Shown: piece by piece, positions 9,631-18,980 of the stretch
How the letters are laid out: each line of letters starts with the position of its first letter
Position numbering within the stretch: the first letter of the stretch is position 1
Assembly (NCBI GenBank): GCA_002010215.1
Contig: MTMY01000004.1
Span: forward strand, 62,001-126,000
Direction of reading: 5' to 3'
Origin: Archaeoglobus sp. JdFR-37
GTDB taxonomy: Archaea > Halobacteriota > Archaeoglobi > Archaeoglobales > Archaeoglobaceae
DNA length: 64,000 bases
Program-made: the position numbers and the translations under genes
Notes under the pieces: generated by a model
What the model saw: the letters and a program-made list of their open reading frames with translations, nothing else
Told to the model about the DNA's origin: nothing
The model's database searches: none

Positions 9631-10671
9631 TCACCCACATATCTCCTTTATCGCCTCAATCAGTCTGTCGTTTTCATCCTCTCTGCCCACAGTTATTCTA
9701 ACATGAGGCCCATCCAGGCCCATAAGGCCGGTTACATCCCTAACTATTATGCCCTCCTCCAGCAGTTTGGCTGTCAGTTCAGTAAAGCTGTGCCTACACA
9801 GCAGAAAGTTGGCATCTGAAGGATAAATTTGAAAGAATTTCGAAAGTTCCTTTCTCAATCTTTCACGCTCTTTCAAAATTCTTGCCTTGAGTTCCATGAA
9901 GTAGTCTATGCACTTCAGAACAGCAATAGCAGCAAAATATGCGGTCTGGGAGATTGAAAACGGACTTCTGATTTTTTCCAACGCCGAAGCCATTTCCTGA
10001 GAGGCTATTGCATACCCGACCCTCAGGCCTGCTAAACCGAAAAATTTGGAGAATGTCCTGAGAACTATTAGATTGTCGTGGCTTTCAACCATATCCACGC
10101 AGCTCTTGCCCGAGAATTCCACGTAAGCTTCATCCAGAACCACGTAACCATTAAAACTCTCCACAATCTCCTCCACAACCTTCCTTTCTATCATATTCCC
10201 TGTCGGATTGTTGGGTGAGCATAGGAAAATTAGCTTCCCATACGGCACCTCTGGCTGAATTTTGTAACCTTCAAACTCAGGAAAGATAATGCTTGCATCC
10301 CTAAGCATGGAAGCGAGTACATAATAGCTGTAGGATGGCATTGGGATGATGACTCTGTCAAATGGTTCAACTACTGCATCTACTACAAGCTTTATCAGCT
10401 CGCTTGCCCCGGCAGCCGGAACAACGTTCTCCACTGAACACCCTACGTATCCGGCTATCCTTTCTTTGAGCTCCCTGTATCCGGGATGAGGATATCTGCT
10501 GGCAACTTCTACACTCTTCATTATAGCCTCAATAACCTCCTCGGGAAGAGGATAGGGATTCTCATTTGAGGCGAGCTGGATTACGTTCCCTCTGTCAAAC
10601 CCCTTCCTGATGAGGTCTTCAGGAAACAAACCAGCATCATAAGGGTTGATTATCCTAATTACTGGACGCAT
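9631..10671 (-). CDS. hisC: Histidinol-phosphate aminotransferase
   Basis: LASNENP, SPNNPTG, DEAY, RTFSKFFGLAGLRVG. Confidence 0.92.
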   Translation of the reverse strand: MRPVIRIINPYDAGLFPEDLIRKGFDRGNVIQLASNENPYPLPEEVIEAIMKSVEVASRYPHPGYRELKERIAGYVGCSVENVVPAAGASELIKLVVDAVVEPFDRVIIPMPSYSYYVLASMLRDASIIFPEFEGYKIQPEVPYGKLIFLCSPNNPTGNMIERKVVEEIVESFNGYVVLDEAYVEFSGKSCVDMVESHDNLIVLRTFSKFFGLAGLRVGYAIASQEMASALEKIRSPFSISQTAYFAAIAVLKCIDYFMELKARILKERERLRKELSKFFQIYPSDANFLLCRHSFTELTAKLLEEGIIVRDVTGLMGLDGPHVRITVGREDENDRLIEAIKEICG

Positions 10672-10715
10672 AAAATTTTTAAAATAAAAATAGATTTAAG
10701 GGTTTCTGTTAGGCT

Positions 10716-11042
10716 CTACTCAGCCTCAAATTCCTTCTTCAGCTTCTCAACCCAGCTTTCAAGCTCGTCAAGTTCCACGAACTTGAACTCCTTCTCACCA
10801 AGCCCGGCAAGGGCCCAGAAAAGCCTTGCCACCACTGCCATGAGCTTTCCTGCGTAGCCAGGGCTGTGAGGAAGGAGAGCAGCAGCAAGATCGCCCAGCT
10901 CTTCAAGCTTGGCCTTATCCAGCTCTCCGGCTTTCTCACTTGCCACTCCCAGCACGGTTATTCCGCTTCCAAGAACCCTCTCCCTTGTTGCATAATACTT
11001 GGCAGCCTCGCTGGTTATGCGATGAACACCCAACTCTAACAC
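10716..11042 (-). CDS. Hypothetical protein downstream of glnA
   Basis: 108-aa ORF with a purine-rich RBS, starting 13 nt after the glnA stop. Confidence 0.75.
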   Translation of the reverse strand: MLELGVHRITSEAAKYYATRERVLGSGITVLGVASEKAGELDKAKLEELGDLAAALLPHSPGYAGKLMAVVARLFWALAGLGEKEFKFVELDELESWVEKLKKEFEAE

Positions 11043-11055
11043 CCCCTTTTCTCAT

Positions 11056-12507
11056 TTAGATGTCCAAGTATTTCATTATTTCCCACGGCGTGATGTACAG
11101 GCAGTACTGGTTCCACTCGTCAATCTTCAGCCCCATGAAGGCATCGAAGATGTGGCTCCCAAGAGCTTTCTGTATCACCTCATCGCTGGCCAAGTGGTCG
11201 AGAGCGTCGCGAAGCGTCGTTGGTAGTTCACCTATCCTGTATTCCCTCTTCTTCGCCTCAGTCAGCTCGTAAACATCCTCCATAACCGGATCTCCGGGGT
11301 CAATTTTCTTCTTGATACCATCCAGACCTGCGGCCACCATAGCTGAGAACGCAAGGTACGGATTCGCACTGGGATCAGCACCTCTGTATTCAACTCTGAT
11401 GGCTGAAGGCTTCTTGTGGTACATGGGAACTCTCACCAGAGCGCTTCTGTTCCTTGGGCTCCAGCAGATGTAAATCGGTGCTTCGAATCCCGGCACAAGG
11501 CGCTTGTAGGAGTTCACAGTTGGTGCGCAGAGAGCTGTAAGCGCTTTAGCATGCTCCAGCAATCCACCTATGTAATACCTGGCCTTCTGGCTGAGCATGT
11601 ACTCGTCATCCGGGTCGGCGAAGATGTTTGTCCCTTTGAAGGGCTCACCCTCCCAGAGGCTCTGGTGAGTGTGCATCCCGCTGGCGTTGTCGAGATAGAG
11701 CGGTTTGGGCATGAAGATAGCCATAAGACCGTACATTGAAGCGATGTTTTTAGCTGCGAACTTGTACAGGAAGAATGCATCGCTGACATCAATAAGCTGC
11801 TTTGGCTTGAAGTCAAGCTCTACCTGGCCTGCTGTTGCAACTTCGTGGTGGTGGTATTCAACCTCAACATCCAGCTGCTCCAGATAATAAACCAGCTCAT
11901 TTCTGTACTCAACGGTGGTGTCTTCAGGCGGAGCTCTGAAATAACCTTCCTTGGGCCTGATTATAAAACCTCCTGGTGTCGTTTCGGGGCTTCTCGGCAT
12001 AACTCTGGGCGGACCCCAAGAGTCTCCAGCACCACCGTTGGGTGAGACCCAGAAATCCCAGGTGAGATTTGTTGGATCGACACTCTCAAACAGGAAGAAC
12101 TCAATTTCTGGACCAAATATGGCAGAGAGTCCCTTGTCTGAGAGCTCCTCCATTATCCTCTTCGCCACGTATCCTCGGGGGTCACAATCTGCAACGTTTT
12201 CGCCCCATGCTTCATAAACATCCCCGAACATTATGGCTGTCTTTTGCACTGGGTCATCTATCCAAGGCACAATCTTAAGGGTGGAAGCGTCTGGCATCCA
12301 GACCATGTCACTCTGCTCTATGGTCTTGAACCCCCTGACAGACGAACCATCAAAACCTATGCCCTCGAATGCCCCACCTTCGGTGAACTCTCTGGCCGGT
12401 ATGCTGAATGTTTGCAGAATCCCTCTTACATCAGAAAAAGCACACAAAACCTGTCTTACTCCATTTTCTTTCAATATCTTTTTTGCCTGCTCGATGGCTT
12501 CGCTCAT
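11056..12507 (-). CDS. glnA: Glutamine synthetase type I
   Basis: FDGSS, GPEIEF, HHEVA, NASGMHTHQSL, RLVPGFEAP, RNRSA. Confidence 0.98.
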   Translation of the reverse strand: MSEAIEQAKKILKENGVRQVLCAFSDVRGILQTFSIPAREFTEGGAFEGIGFDGSSVRGFKTIEQSDMVWMPDASTLKIVPWIDDPVQKTAIMFGDVYEAWGENVADCDPRGYVAKRIMEELSDKGLSAIFGPEIEFFLFESVDPTNLTWDFWVSPNGGAGDSWGPPRVMPRSPETTPGGFIIRPKEGYFRAPPEDTTVEYRNELVYYLEQLDVEVEYHHHEVATAGQVELDFKPKQLIDVSDAFFLYKFAAKNIASMYGLMAIFMPKPLYLDNASGMHTHQSLWEGEPFKGTNIFADPDDEYMLSQKARYYIGGLLEHAKALTALCAPTVNSYKRLVPGFEAPIYICWSPRNRSALVRVPMYHKKPSAIRVEYRGADPSANPYLAFSAMVAAGLDGIKKKIDPGDPVMEDVYELTEAKKREYRIGELPTTLRDALDHLASDEVIQKALGSHIFDAFMGLKIDEWNQYCLYITPWEIMKYLDI

Positions 12508-12546
12508 GCAAAACCTCCCGTTTTTTTAACCCATGATGGCATGGGG

Positions 12547-12560
12547 TATATAATTTTTTC
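12547..12560 (-). promoter_or_regulatory. BRE/TATA of glnA
   Basis: Minus strand GAAAAAA-TTATATA about 40 nt upstream of the ATG, followed by a GGAGG RBS. Confidence 0.6.
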
Positions 12561-12722
12561 TTAACTCCACATTTTTCTAAAAATTTTTTAGAGAGTGGGA
12601 GGTGCGTCGAGTGTAACCTTAGATTGGAGGGTAGAAAAACATCCAAATAAAAACAGAAAAATAGGAAGTTCAGAGACTTAAAGGCTTAAATTAACCTTAA
12701 TTTAACCTTCGTAAACTTATTC

Positions 12723-14159
12723 TCACAACCTGAAGGGTTTATCCCATCCGGCCAGCTTAACGCCAGTGATGGCTGATGCATTTATTGTCAAAGCCCTCAG
12801 GTCCTCCATCTCCAGATTTCTTACATCTGTCTTCCCAGCCTGTTGAGTTAGTATTTTGAGCTCCTCGGTCATCGCTTTGATGTAGTTGTAAACCTTAATG
12901 CCACCCTTCTCTGCATCAAGTCTCCTCCTCAGCTTTGGATCCTGCGTGGCGATGCCCTTCGGGCACTTGCCAAGATGGCATTGTCTGCAGACTGTGCAGC
13001 CGAGGGCGATTAGGAAGCCAGTACCGATCTGGACTGCATCTGCTCCAAGGGCGATGGCTTTGGCGATATCAGCACCTGTCCTTATCCCTCCTGCTGCTAC
13101 CAAGCTAACCTTATCTCTTAATCCGATTTCCTTGAGGGCCTGATCAGCCTGAACAATGGCTGCTATCGTGGGCACTCCAGCATGGTTGGCAACCACATCT
13201 GGTGTTGCTCCCGTCCCTCCCTGCATGCCATCAACCACTATGATGTCTGCTCCAGCTTTGGCAGCGATCTTCACATCATCAGAAACTCTACCAGCAGAGT
13301 ACTTCACTGCTACGGGAATACGCCAGTCTGTTATTTCGCGGAGCTGTTCTATCTTCATCGCCAGGTCTTCAGGCCCTATAATGTCCATATGCCTTGCTGG
13401 CGATAGTGCATCCGTTCCCGGCGGTATTCCTCTGATTACCGCAATCTCTTCGGTGACCTTCTCTCCAAGCAGATGGCCACCCATACCGGCTTTGGCACCC
13501 TGTCCTATCTTTATCTCGATTCCATCAGCATCATTAAGGTACTTTGCCGAAACTCCAAACCTTCCGCTGGCGTACTGAGCAATTAGAAGCTTTGCATGCT
13601 TCCTCTCCTCAGGATGCATACCGCCTTCGCCTGTATTTGTCGCTGTCCCCGCCATGGCAGTTCCCACGGCAATCGCAACCTTCGCTTCTAGGCTTATTGC
13701 TCCAAAGCTCATGGCTGCTGCGATGATGGGTGTTTCAAGCACCAGGGGCTCCTCTGCGTATCTGTCTCCTATAACCACTCTGGTGTTGCAGGGCTCTCTA
13801 TACTTATCTATAGGTGGACGGGAAGTTTGAGCTGGCAAAATTACAAATTCATCGAAATGAGGAACCGGGCGGGTAGCTCCAGTTCCCCTTACAATATATT
13901 CTCCACTTTCAGCTTTCCGCCAAATCTCGTGAACTATGCTCCTGCTCCAGATGCCCCTATCTTCAAGATCTGACGTTCCTGCTACCTGGATTGCTGCAGC
14001 GGGACAAACATCAACGCAGTTGCCGCATCCAACACAGGATGTCTGGGATGCCACAACAGGCATCTTGTCCTCTTCCTGCAAAGCTCCAGTGGGGCACCAC
14101 CTAACACATCTCAGACAATTAATGCATCTTTCCCTGTCAATGGTTATTTCAAAAACCAT
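12723..14159 (-). CDS. gltB2: Glutamate synthase FMN-binding subunit with N-terminal ferredoxin domain
   Basis: Two CxxCxxCxxxCP motifs; AMSFGAIS, NTGEGG, SGRFGV, EIKIGQGAK, GC..CRQCHLGKCP.GIATQD. Confidence 0.95.
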   Translation of the reverse strand: MVFEITIDRERCINCLRCVRWCPTGALQEEDKMPVVASQTSCVGCGNCVDVCPAAAIQVAGTSDLEDRGIWSRSIVHEIWRKAESGEYIVRGTGATRPVPHFDEFVILPAQTSRPPIDKYREPCNTRVVIGDRYAEEPLVLETPIIAAAMSFGAISLEAKVAIAVGTAMAGTATNTGEGGMHPEERKHAKLLIAQYASGRFGVSAKYLNDADGIEIKIGQGAKAGMGGHLLGEKVTEEIAVIRGIPPGTDALSPARHMDIIGPEDLAMKIEQLREITDWRIPVAVKYSAGRVSDDVKIAAKAGADIIVVDGMQGGTGATPDVVANHAGVPTIAAIVQADQALKEIGLRDKVSLVAAGGIRTGADIAKAIALGADAVQIGTGFLIALGCTVCRQCHLGKCPKGIATQDPKLRRRLDAEKGGIKVYNYIKAMTEELKILTQQAGKTDVRNLEMEDLRALTINASAITGVKLAGWDKPFRL

Positions 14160-14836
14160 TATCCCTCCTCCGATGGAGCACTACCATAAACAAACCTCTT
14201 CCTTATAGGAATGATTTTCCTGAAGCTTGAAGTGGATGAATTGAAATTGTATTTCTTGAGGACATCTTTGAGCCATTCCTCATCCTTCTCATCTATTTCA
14301 ACAATTTTTGCATTCTTACCCAGACTCTCAACCTCTCCCTTCACATAAATAACTCCTCTAACGATGCTTTCCCCAGCCATACTCCGCAGATTTCCCAGAA
14401 CAACCATTCTGCCCCCCATCATGTAAAGCCCTGTCATGAAATCACTGTCTCCGCCTATGATTATGGTTCCGTTTTTCATTATCTCTCCTGTTCTCGCCCC
14501 TGCATCACCTCTGACCACAATAACTCCGCCGTATATACCCTGACCCACTCCATCACCAGCGTTGCCCCTTATTTCAAGATAACCATTGGTCATGTTGTCT
14601 CCGGCAAACCATCCTGCGTTCTTCTCCACGATGATTCTAGGCTGGTGTGCCATGGTTGCAACGAAGAAGCCGACACTTCCCTTTATCTCAACTTCAACTT
14701 CTCCTACAAGACCTGCAGCAATGTAATGCTTTGCGCCAGGATTCTTCAAAACAATCTTCCTCTCCCCATTCCTTACCGCTTCCTTAAGCATTCTGTTTAT
14801 CTCTCTAACACTAAGGTCTCTGCAATCTATCTCCAT
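14159..14836 (-). CDS. gltB3: Glutamate synthase GXGXG-domain subunit
   Basis: Repeated GxAG..G..M.GG beta-helix motifs; start may extend to 14899. Confidence 0.9.
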   Translation of the reverse strand: MEIDCRDLSVREINRMLKEAVRNGERKIVLKNPGAKHYIAAGLVGEVEVEIKGSVGFFVATMAHQPRIIVEKNAGWFAGDNMTNGYLEIRGNAGDGVGQGIYGGVIVVRGDAGARTGEIMKNGTIIIGGDSDFMTGLYMMGGRMVVLGNLRSMAGESIVRGVIYVKGEVESLGKNAKIVEIDEKDEEWLKDVLKKYNFNSSTSSFRKIIPIRKRFVYGSAPSEEG

Positions 14837-14895
14837 AACATCACTTCCTGGATTTTTCGAATCCCCCGCACACACCACTGAGCAGCATTTCCACA

Positions 14896-15810
14896 TCACT
14901 TCCTGAAAACCCTATATTCTCCGGGGGCCAGATATTCGGTATCAAGACCAAGAGGCTCTAGAGCAACTTCTTCGCTCGATATGGCAAAAACATCTCCGTC
15001 TTCAGCTACCAAAGCTGGTCTCAGTCCGAGTTTGTCCTTTGCAACGCCAATTTCGCTGTCTGTAGATATTATGAAGGCAAAAGGACCATCAAGGTCGTGT
15101 ACAGCACTTTCAAGAGCCTCTTCAAGGTTATATCCCTCAAGGAGCTTATCAGCAACATAATGCACTATGCATTCGGTATCATTGTCGGTGGTGAAGTAGT
15201 GGCCTTTGGCTTCAAGGGATGCCCGAGTCTTCCAGTAGTTGGTGATCTGGCCGTTGTGAACAACGGTAATATCAGGATACAGAAAGCTCTGGAAGGGGTG
15301 TGCATGATATCTATCAACTCCGCTCTCCGTGGAGAACCTGATGTGGCCGATGCCATGGGTTCCACTCCGCTTTGAGACACCGTAAGCTTCGTCAACATGG
15401 GTGATGTAGCCTACATCCTTGAACATCTCAAACTTCCCGGCAGATAGAACAGACACCCCCTCCAGCTCCTGAACGCTTAATGCAAGTTTTCTGAGCTGCG
15501 GGAAAGTGACGCCTTTGATCTTGTAATCCACTATCTCGAAATCGTTTCCAGCTCTTACAAGCTCCACTCCCCTTATCTGGCAGTAGTGAGCCAGCAACTC
15601 CTCGATATTCTCTTTTCTCCTGCCGATATTACCGTTCCCCAGAACTTCAACCTTCATCACGTATTCATCTGCGGCAAGCTCCAGACCTCCATAAAGTGCA
15701 ACCCCTGCCCCATCCTTGCCTCTGTGCTGCAGTCTCTTCATCATCTCTACTATCGTCGCACCCAGCTCTGGATTTTTCCTCCTGAATAGAATGCCAACTA
15801 TTCCGCACAT
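14896..15810 (-). CDS. gltB1: Glutamate synthase class II glutamine amidotransferase subunit
   Basis: MCGIVG N-terminal nucleophile, QHRGKD, GHIRFST, HNGQITN, DTE. Confidence 0.92.
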   Translation of the reverse strand: MCGIVGILFRRKNPELGATIVEMMKRLQHRGKDGAGVALYGGLELAADEYVMKVEVLGNGNIGRRKENIEELLAHYCQIRGVELVRAGNDFEIVDYKIKGVTFPQLRKLALSVQELEGVSVLSAGKFEMFKDVGYITHVDEAYGVSKRSGTHGIGHIRFSTESGVDRYHAHPFQSFLYPDITVVHNGQITNYWKTRASLEAKGHYFTTDNDTECIVHYVADKLLEGYNLEEALESAVHDLDGPFAFIISTDSEIGVAKDKLGLRPALVAEDGDVFAISSEEVALEPLGLDTEYLAPGEYRVFRK

Positions 15811-16025
15811 AGCCATCACTGTCCAAATCCGAGAAGGGGAAGTTGAGTTTGTATTTAAATATTGCGAGACATTGGCATACAAATGATAGGCTGGTTGAAA
15901 GATTGGATTATGATTGAGAGAGTGGGAGATATAGTTCCCGCTAAATTGATCGATGACACTTATCCTTAAACTTGTATGAGAATTTTTAGAAAAAGTATTA
16001 TCAGGTCAATCATAAAAACATTATT

Positions 16026-16775
16026 ATGAAGAAACAAAGTATATTGAAGGCCACAGTTTCCGGCCTTCTAACCGGGCCGCTTTTCGTGATCTCAGCAGTA
16101 CTGCTCCACATGATGAATATCAGAGTTTCAGTGCCTCACCCCATCTTGATTTCCCTTTTAATTTCTGGCATTTATCTAATTAGCCATCTGACCAGCTATC
16201 CAACCAACACTTCCAGATCTATAAATAAGTAGGAGTTTATAAAAACAATCATCACAGCAATATTATTTTTCGCATTATTTTCCTACATATCTCTGGGCTA
16301 TACACTTGATTTTCTAAGTATAGGGCCAAAAGGAAAAGATCGACCAATGCTCTATCTTCTTTTCAAGGTGAAGTATGAAGGAGAGAGCATCATTTCAGAG
16401 AAATACTGGGAAAGAGTTCAATGGAGCTTCTATAAACCAGAATGCTACTCCGAAGTCTTTGCAGTAAAGCTCAAAAACCACTCTTTAGAGATTGCAGGAT
16501 TTTATTACGGTGGTTTTAAAACATATCCGTTACAATCTCTTCTTAAATCCGGGTACAGGAAACTGTTTTGTGACGTGACAGACCTCAAAATGGCCTATGA
16601 GAACTACAAAAAGCTGTTAGTAAATTCAGGATTTTCCATCAGTGAGAATCCGAACAGTTTTATGGCCAGAAATGAAAGTACTGTAATTTACTGCCGGTTA
16701 GACGGGAGAAATATTATGGTTGCCAAGGCCGAAAAAACTGAGGAGGATCTTTTAGAGAATATTTTGACGGAATAG
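16026..16775 (+). pseudogene. Membrane protein interrupted by one in-frame TAG (16230-16232)
   Basis: ORFs 16026-16232 and 16347-16775 share a frame; the gap reads EFIKTIITAILFFALFSYISLGYTLDFLSIGPKGKDRP with no further stop. Confidence 0.7.
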
Positions 16776-16895
16776 GGCTACCTACAAAATGCTCATGCGT
16801 TAAACCTTATCAAACTGTACCAAATGTGGGTTCCCCTGTTTAGGAGTACAAGCCTAGTAAACCCAGTTAATTAAAAATGGAAACCCATCAAATAA

Positions 16896-18740
16896 TCACG
16901 GGCAGCCGTTTTCCTTCCAGCCCCTCCACGCATAATAGTCACTCAGCATTTTTTCCACCATATCGGGTGTTATCTCTACTCTTCCAAAGTAGTCCCGCCA
17001 TATCTTGTATCCTTCCCAAGTCTTCAGTGGCTCGAAGAAGCGTGATGGTGGCGTGTCGTCCTTCCTGCTGTAACCTTCCCGGCAGTTCAGCTTCCTTACC
17101 ATGGTAAGGGCTTTATCTGCAGCAGCAACCAGTTCTTCTGGAGAACTTTCAATGCCCGTTGCATGACTGAACATGGATGCCACTGTTTCTATGTCCAGAC
17201 TTTTCGCTATGCTTTCCCTTCTGCAAAGCCCCATGCCATTCAGCACCCACAGCCAGTTCTCGACAGCGATGGTGTATAAGGCTGCGTTGAACACCTCGCC
17301 GAAAGTAGCGTTTATGAGCTCATCTGATGCGCCAATACGCTTCATGTACCTTCTGATGCCTTCCTCATCCCTGCCAGGCAGCACAGTTATGGTTACCGGC
17401 CCCTCCTGTGCTCCTCTGGGATTTGTAAAGAGGCCGAAGGACTCGCTGGCAAAGGATACTCTGGGGTCGAAGAGGGGTTCCAGGTTCTTGATAAAGTGAG
17501 ATTCCTTCCTCACCCATTCCCCAAATTTTTCCACCAGACCTTCAAAACCCCGCCCCATGTACTCACCAAAATCCCTGCCTTCAGCCACCATTTCCAGCAC
17601 TTTAATGACTGCTTCACCACTCCTAGAGGGTTCAAAGCCCAGCTCATCCTCGAAAACCTTGCCCTCCTCATATAGGGTTGCTACAAAATCGTAGAGTTCT
17701 GCAAAAAGCATGGCATCGATTCCGTGTCTGTTGGCAATATCATGACACTTGACAGCCATCTCGGCGCTCTCAACCCCACATTTCACACCGAATTCATATG
17801 CTACTCCCAGATACAGAGATGCTTTCGTCTCAATTGTCTCATCACCAAGCCTAGCCTCGAGAATAGACTTGCATGGAGAGAGACAACCAGAGCATCCTGT
17901 ACTTTGCTTTTTGATCCTTCCTTTATAATTCCTCACACCGAATTCCTCTACCACTTCCCGACTCACCACAACGGTCTTCTTTTTGAAAGCAAGGTACCCT
18001 TCTCTGGCCCAGGCATCCCAGGCTGCCATAATGCCGATGTCAGCGTAGCGCTTTGTTACCGGGTCAGCCTTCACGCGATCTCTGAATTCCTTAACAAGCT
18101 TACCGAACTCCTGGGGATTTGCTGGCTCAGATGCCCTTTTTCCCTTCACAACAATTGCCTTGATATTTTTAGAGCCCAGAACAGCTCCAAGTCCGCCTTT
18201 GCCAAGATGATGAATGGCATCTATTAGTGTGAGGGAAATCGGTACTCTGTTCTCTCCAGCCTTCCCTATTGCCAGCACACTCCCTCCATGTTTCTCTTTC
18301 AAGTAATCTGTGGTTTCCACAATGTCTTTTCCCCAGAGGTTCATTGCGTCTTCAACAGTCACCCTTCCATCCTCAACCAGAATATAGCATGGCTTTTCCG
18401 CAGCGCCATTCAGAATTATGAGGTCAAAGCCAGCTCTTTTCATGTCTCTGGCAAAGGCTCCTCCACCTATTGCTGGCCCAAAGGTTCGGTTGACGGGATT
18501 TTTTGATATAGCAACAACCTTTGTAGCTCCCGGGATGCGGGTATTCGTAAGTATTCCGGCAGCAAAGATTGCAAAATTCTCGCTGCTTAAGGGATCGCCT
18601 TCAAAATGGAGTTTCTCGGCATAATGGTAAGCTATGCCTATTATCCCCCGGTAATCATAATAGAGCTTTTCAGGAATTTCGAACTCCTGAACTTCACCAG
18701 TTGAAACGTCAATCTCAACTCCAACTCCAGTATAAGTCAT
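16896..18740 (-). CDS. Aldehyde:ferredoxin oxidoreductase (W-AOR) family protein
   Basis: GKGGLGAVLGSKNIKAI, GCSGCLSPC and GLC Fe-S ligands, DDTPP.RF, YY..RGW.ENG.P. Confidence 0.92.
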   Translation of the reverse strand: MTYTGVGVEIDVSTGEVQEFEIPEKLYYDYRGIIGIAYHYAEKLHFEGDPLSSENFAIFAAGILTNTRIPGATKVVAISKNPVNRTFGPAIGGGAFARDMKRAGFDLIILNGAAEKPCYILVEDGRVTVEDAMNLWGKDIVETTDYLKEKHGGSVLAIGKAGENRVPISLTLIDAIHHLGKGGLGAVLGSKNIKAIVVKGKRASEPANPQEFGKLVKEFRDRVKADPVTKRYADIGIMAAWDAWAREGYLAFKKKTVVVSREVVEEFGVRNYKGRIKKQSTGCSGCLSPCKSILEARLGDETIETKASLYLGVAYEFGVKCGVESAEMAVKCHDIANRHGIDAMLFAELYDFVATLYEEGKVFEDELGFEPSRSGEAVIKVLEMVAEGRDFGEYMGRGFEGLVEKFGEWVRKESHFIKNLEPLFDPRVSFASESFGLFTNPRGAQEGPVTITVLPGRDEEGIRRYMKRIGASDELINATFGEVFNAALYTIAVENWLWVLNGMGLCRRESIAKSLDIETVASMFSHATGIESSPEELVAAADKALTMVRKLNCREGYSRKDDTPPSRFFEPLKTWEGYKIWRDYFGRVEITPDMVEKMLSDYYAWRGWKENGCP

Positions 18741-18762
18741 GATTAAAGTTTGCGGAGGTGAT

Positions 18763-18773
18763 TATATATATTT
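18763..18773 (-). promoter_or_regulatory. TATA box of the AOR gene (probably leaderless mRNA)
   Basis: Minus strand AAA-TATATATA about 23 nt upstream of ATG 18740. Confidence 0.55.
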
Positions 18774-18980
18774 GGTGGAATTAGGAATTAAACTTGCAAT
18801 TATTGCAACTCTGTTGCATCTGTTATCTGTTGCAATTTCAAAACAAGATGGAGGGATCAGAAAGCGTGGAAAATTCACAAAGTGTTAAGGGTCAAGAAAT
18901 CAAGTAAACCCTTAAGTAAACCCCCAAAATTTACTTAAATTTTTAATCATGTTTTTTCACCGTGATAGTATGGTGGTATT

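Noticed and set aside
16896..18740. Class II benzoyl-CoA reductase BamB
   Set aside because: No bamC-I partner genes are nearby and I cannot recognise the BamB Cys ligand; kept only as an atypical AOR.
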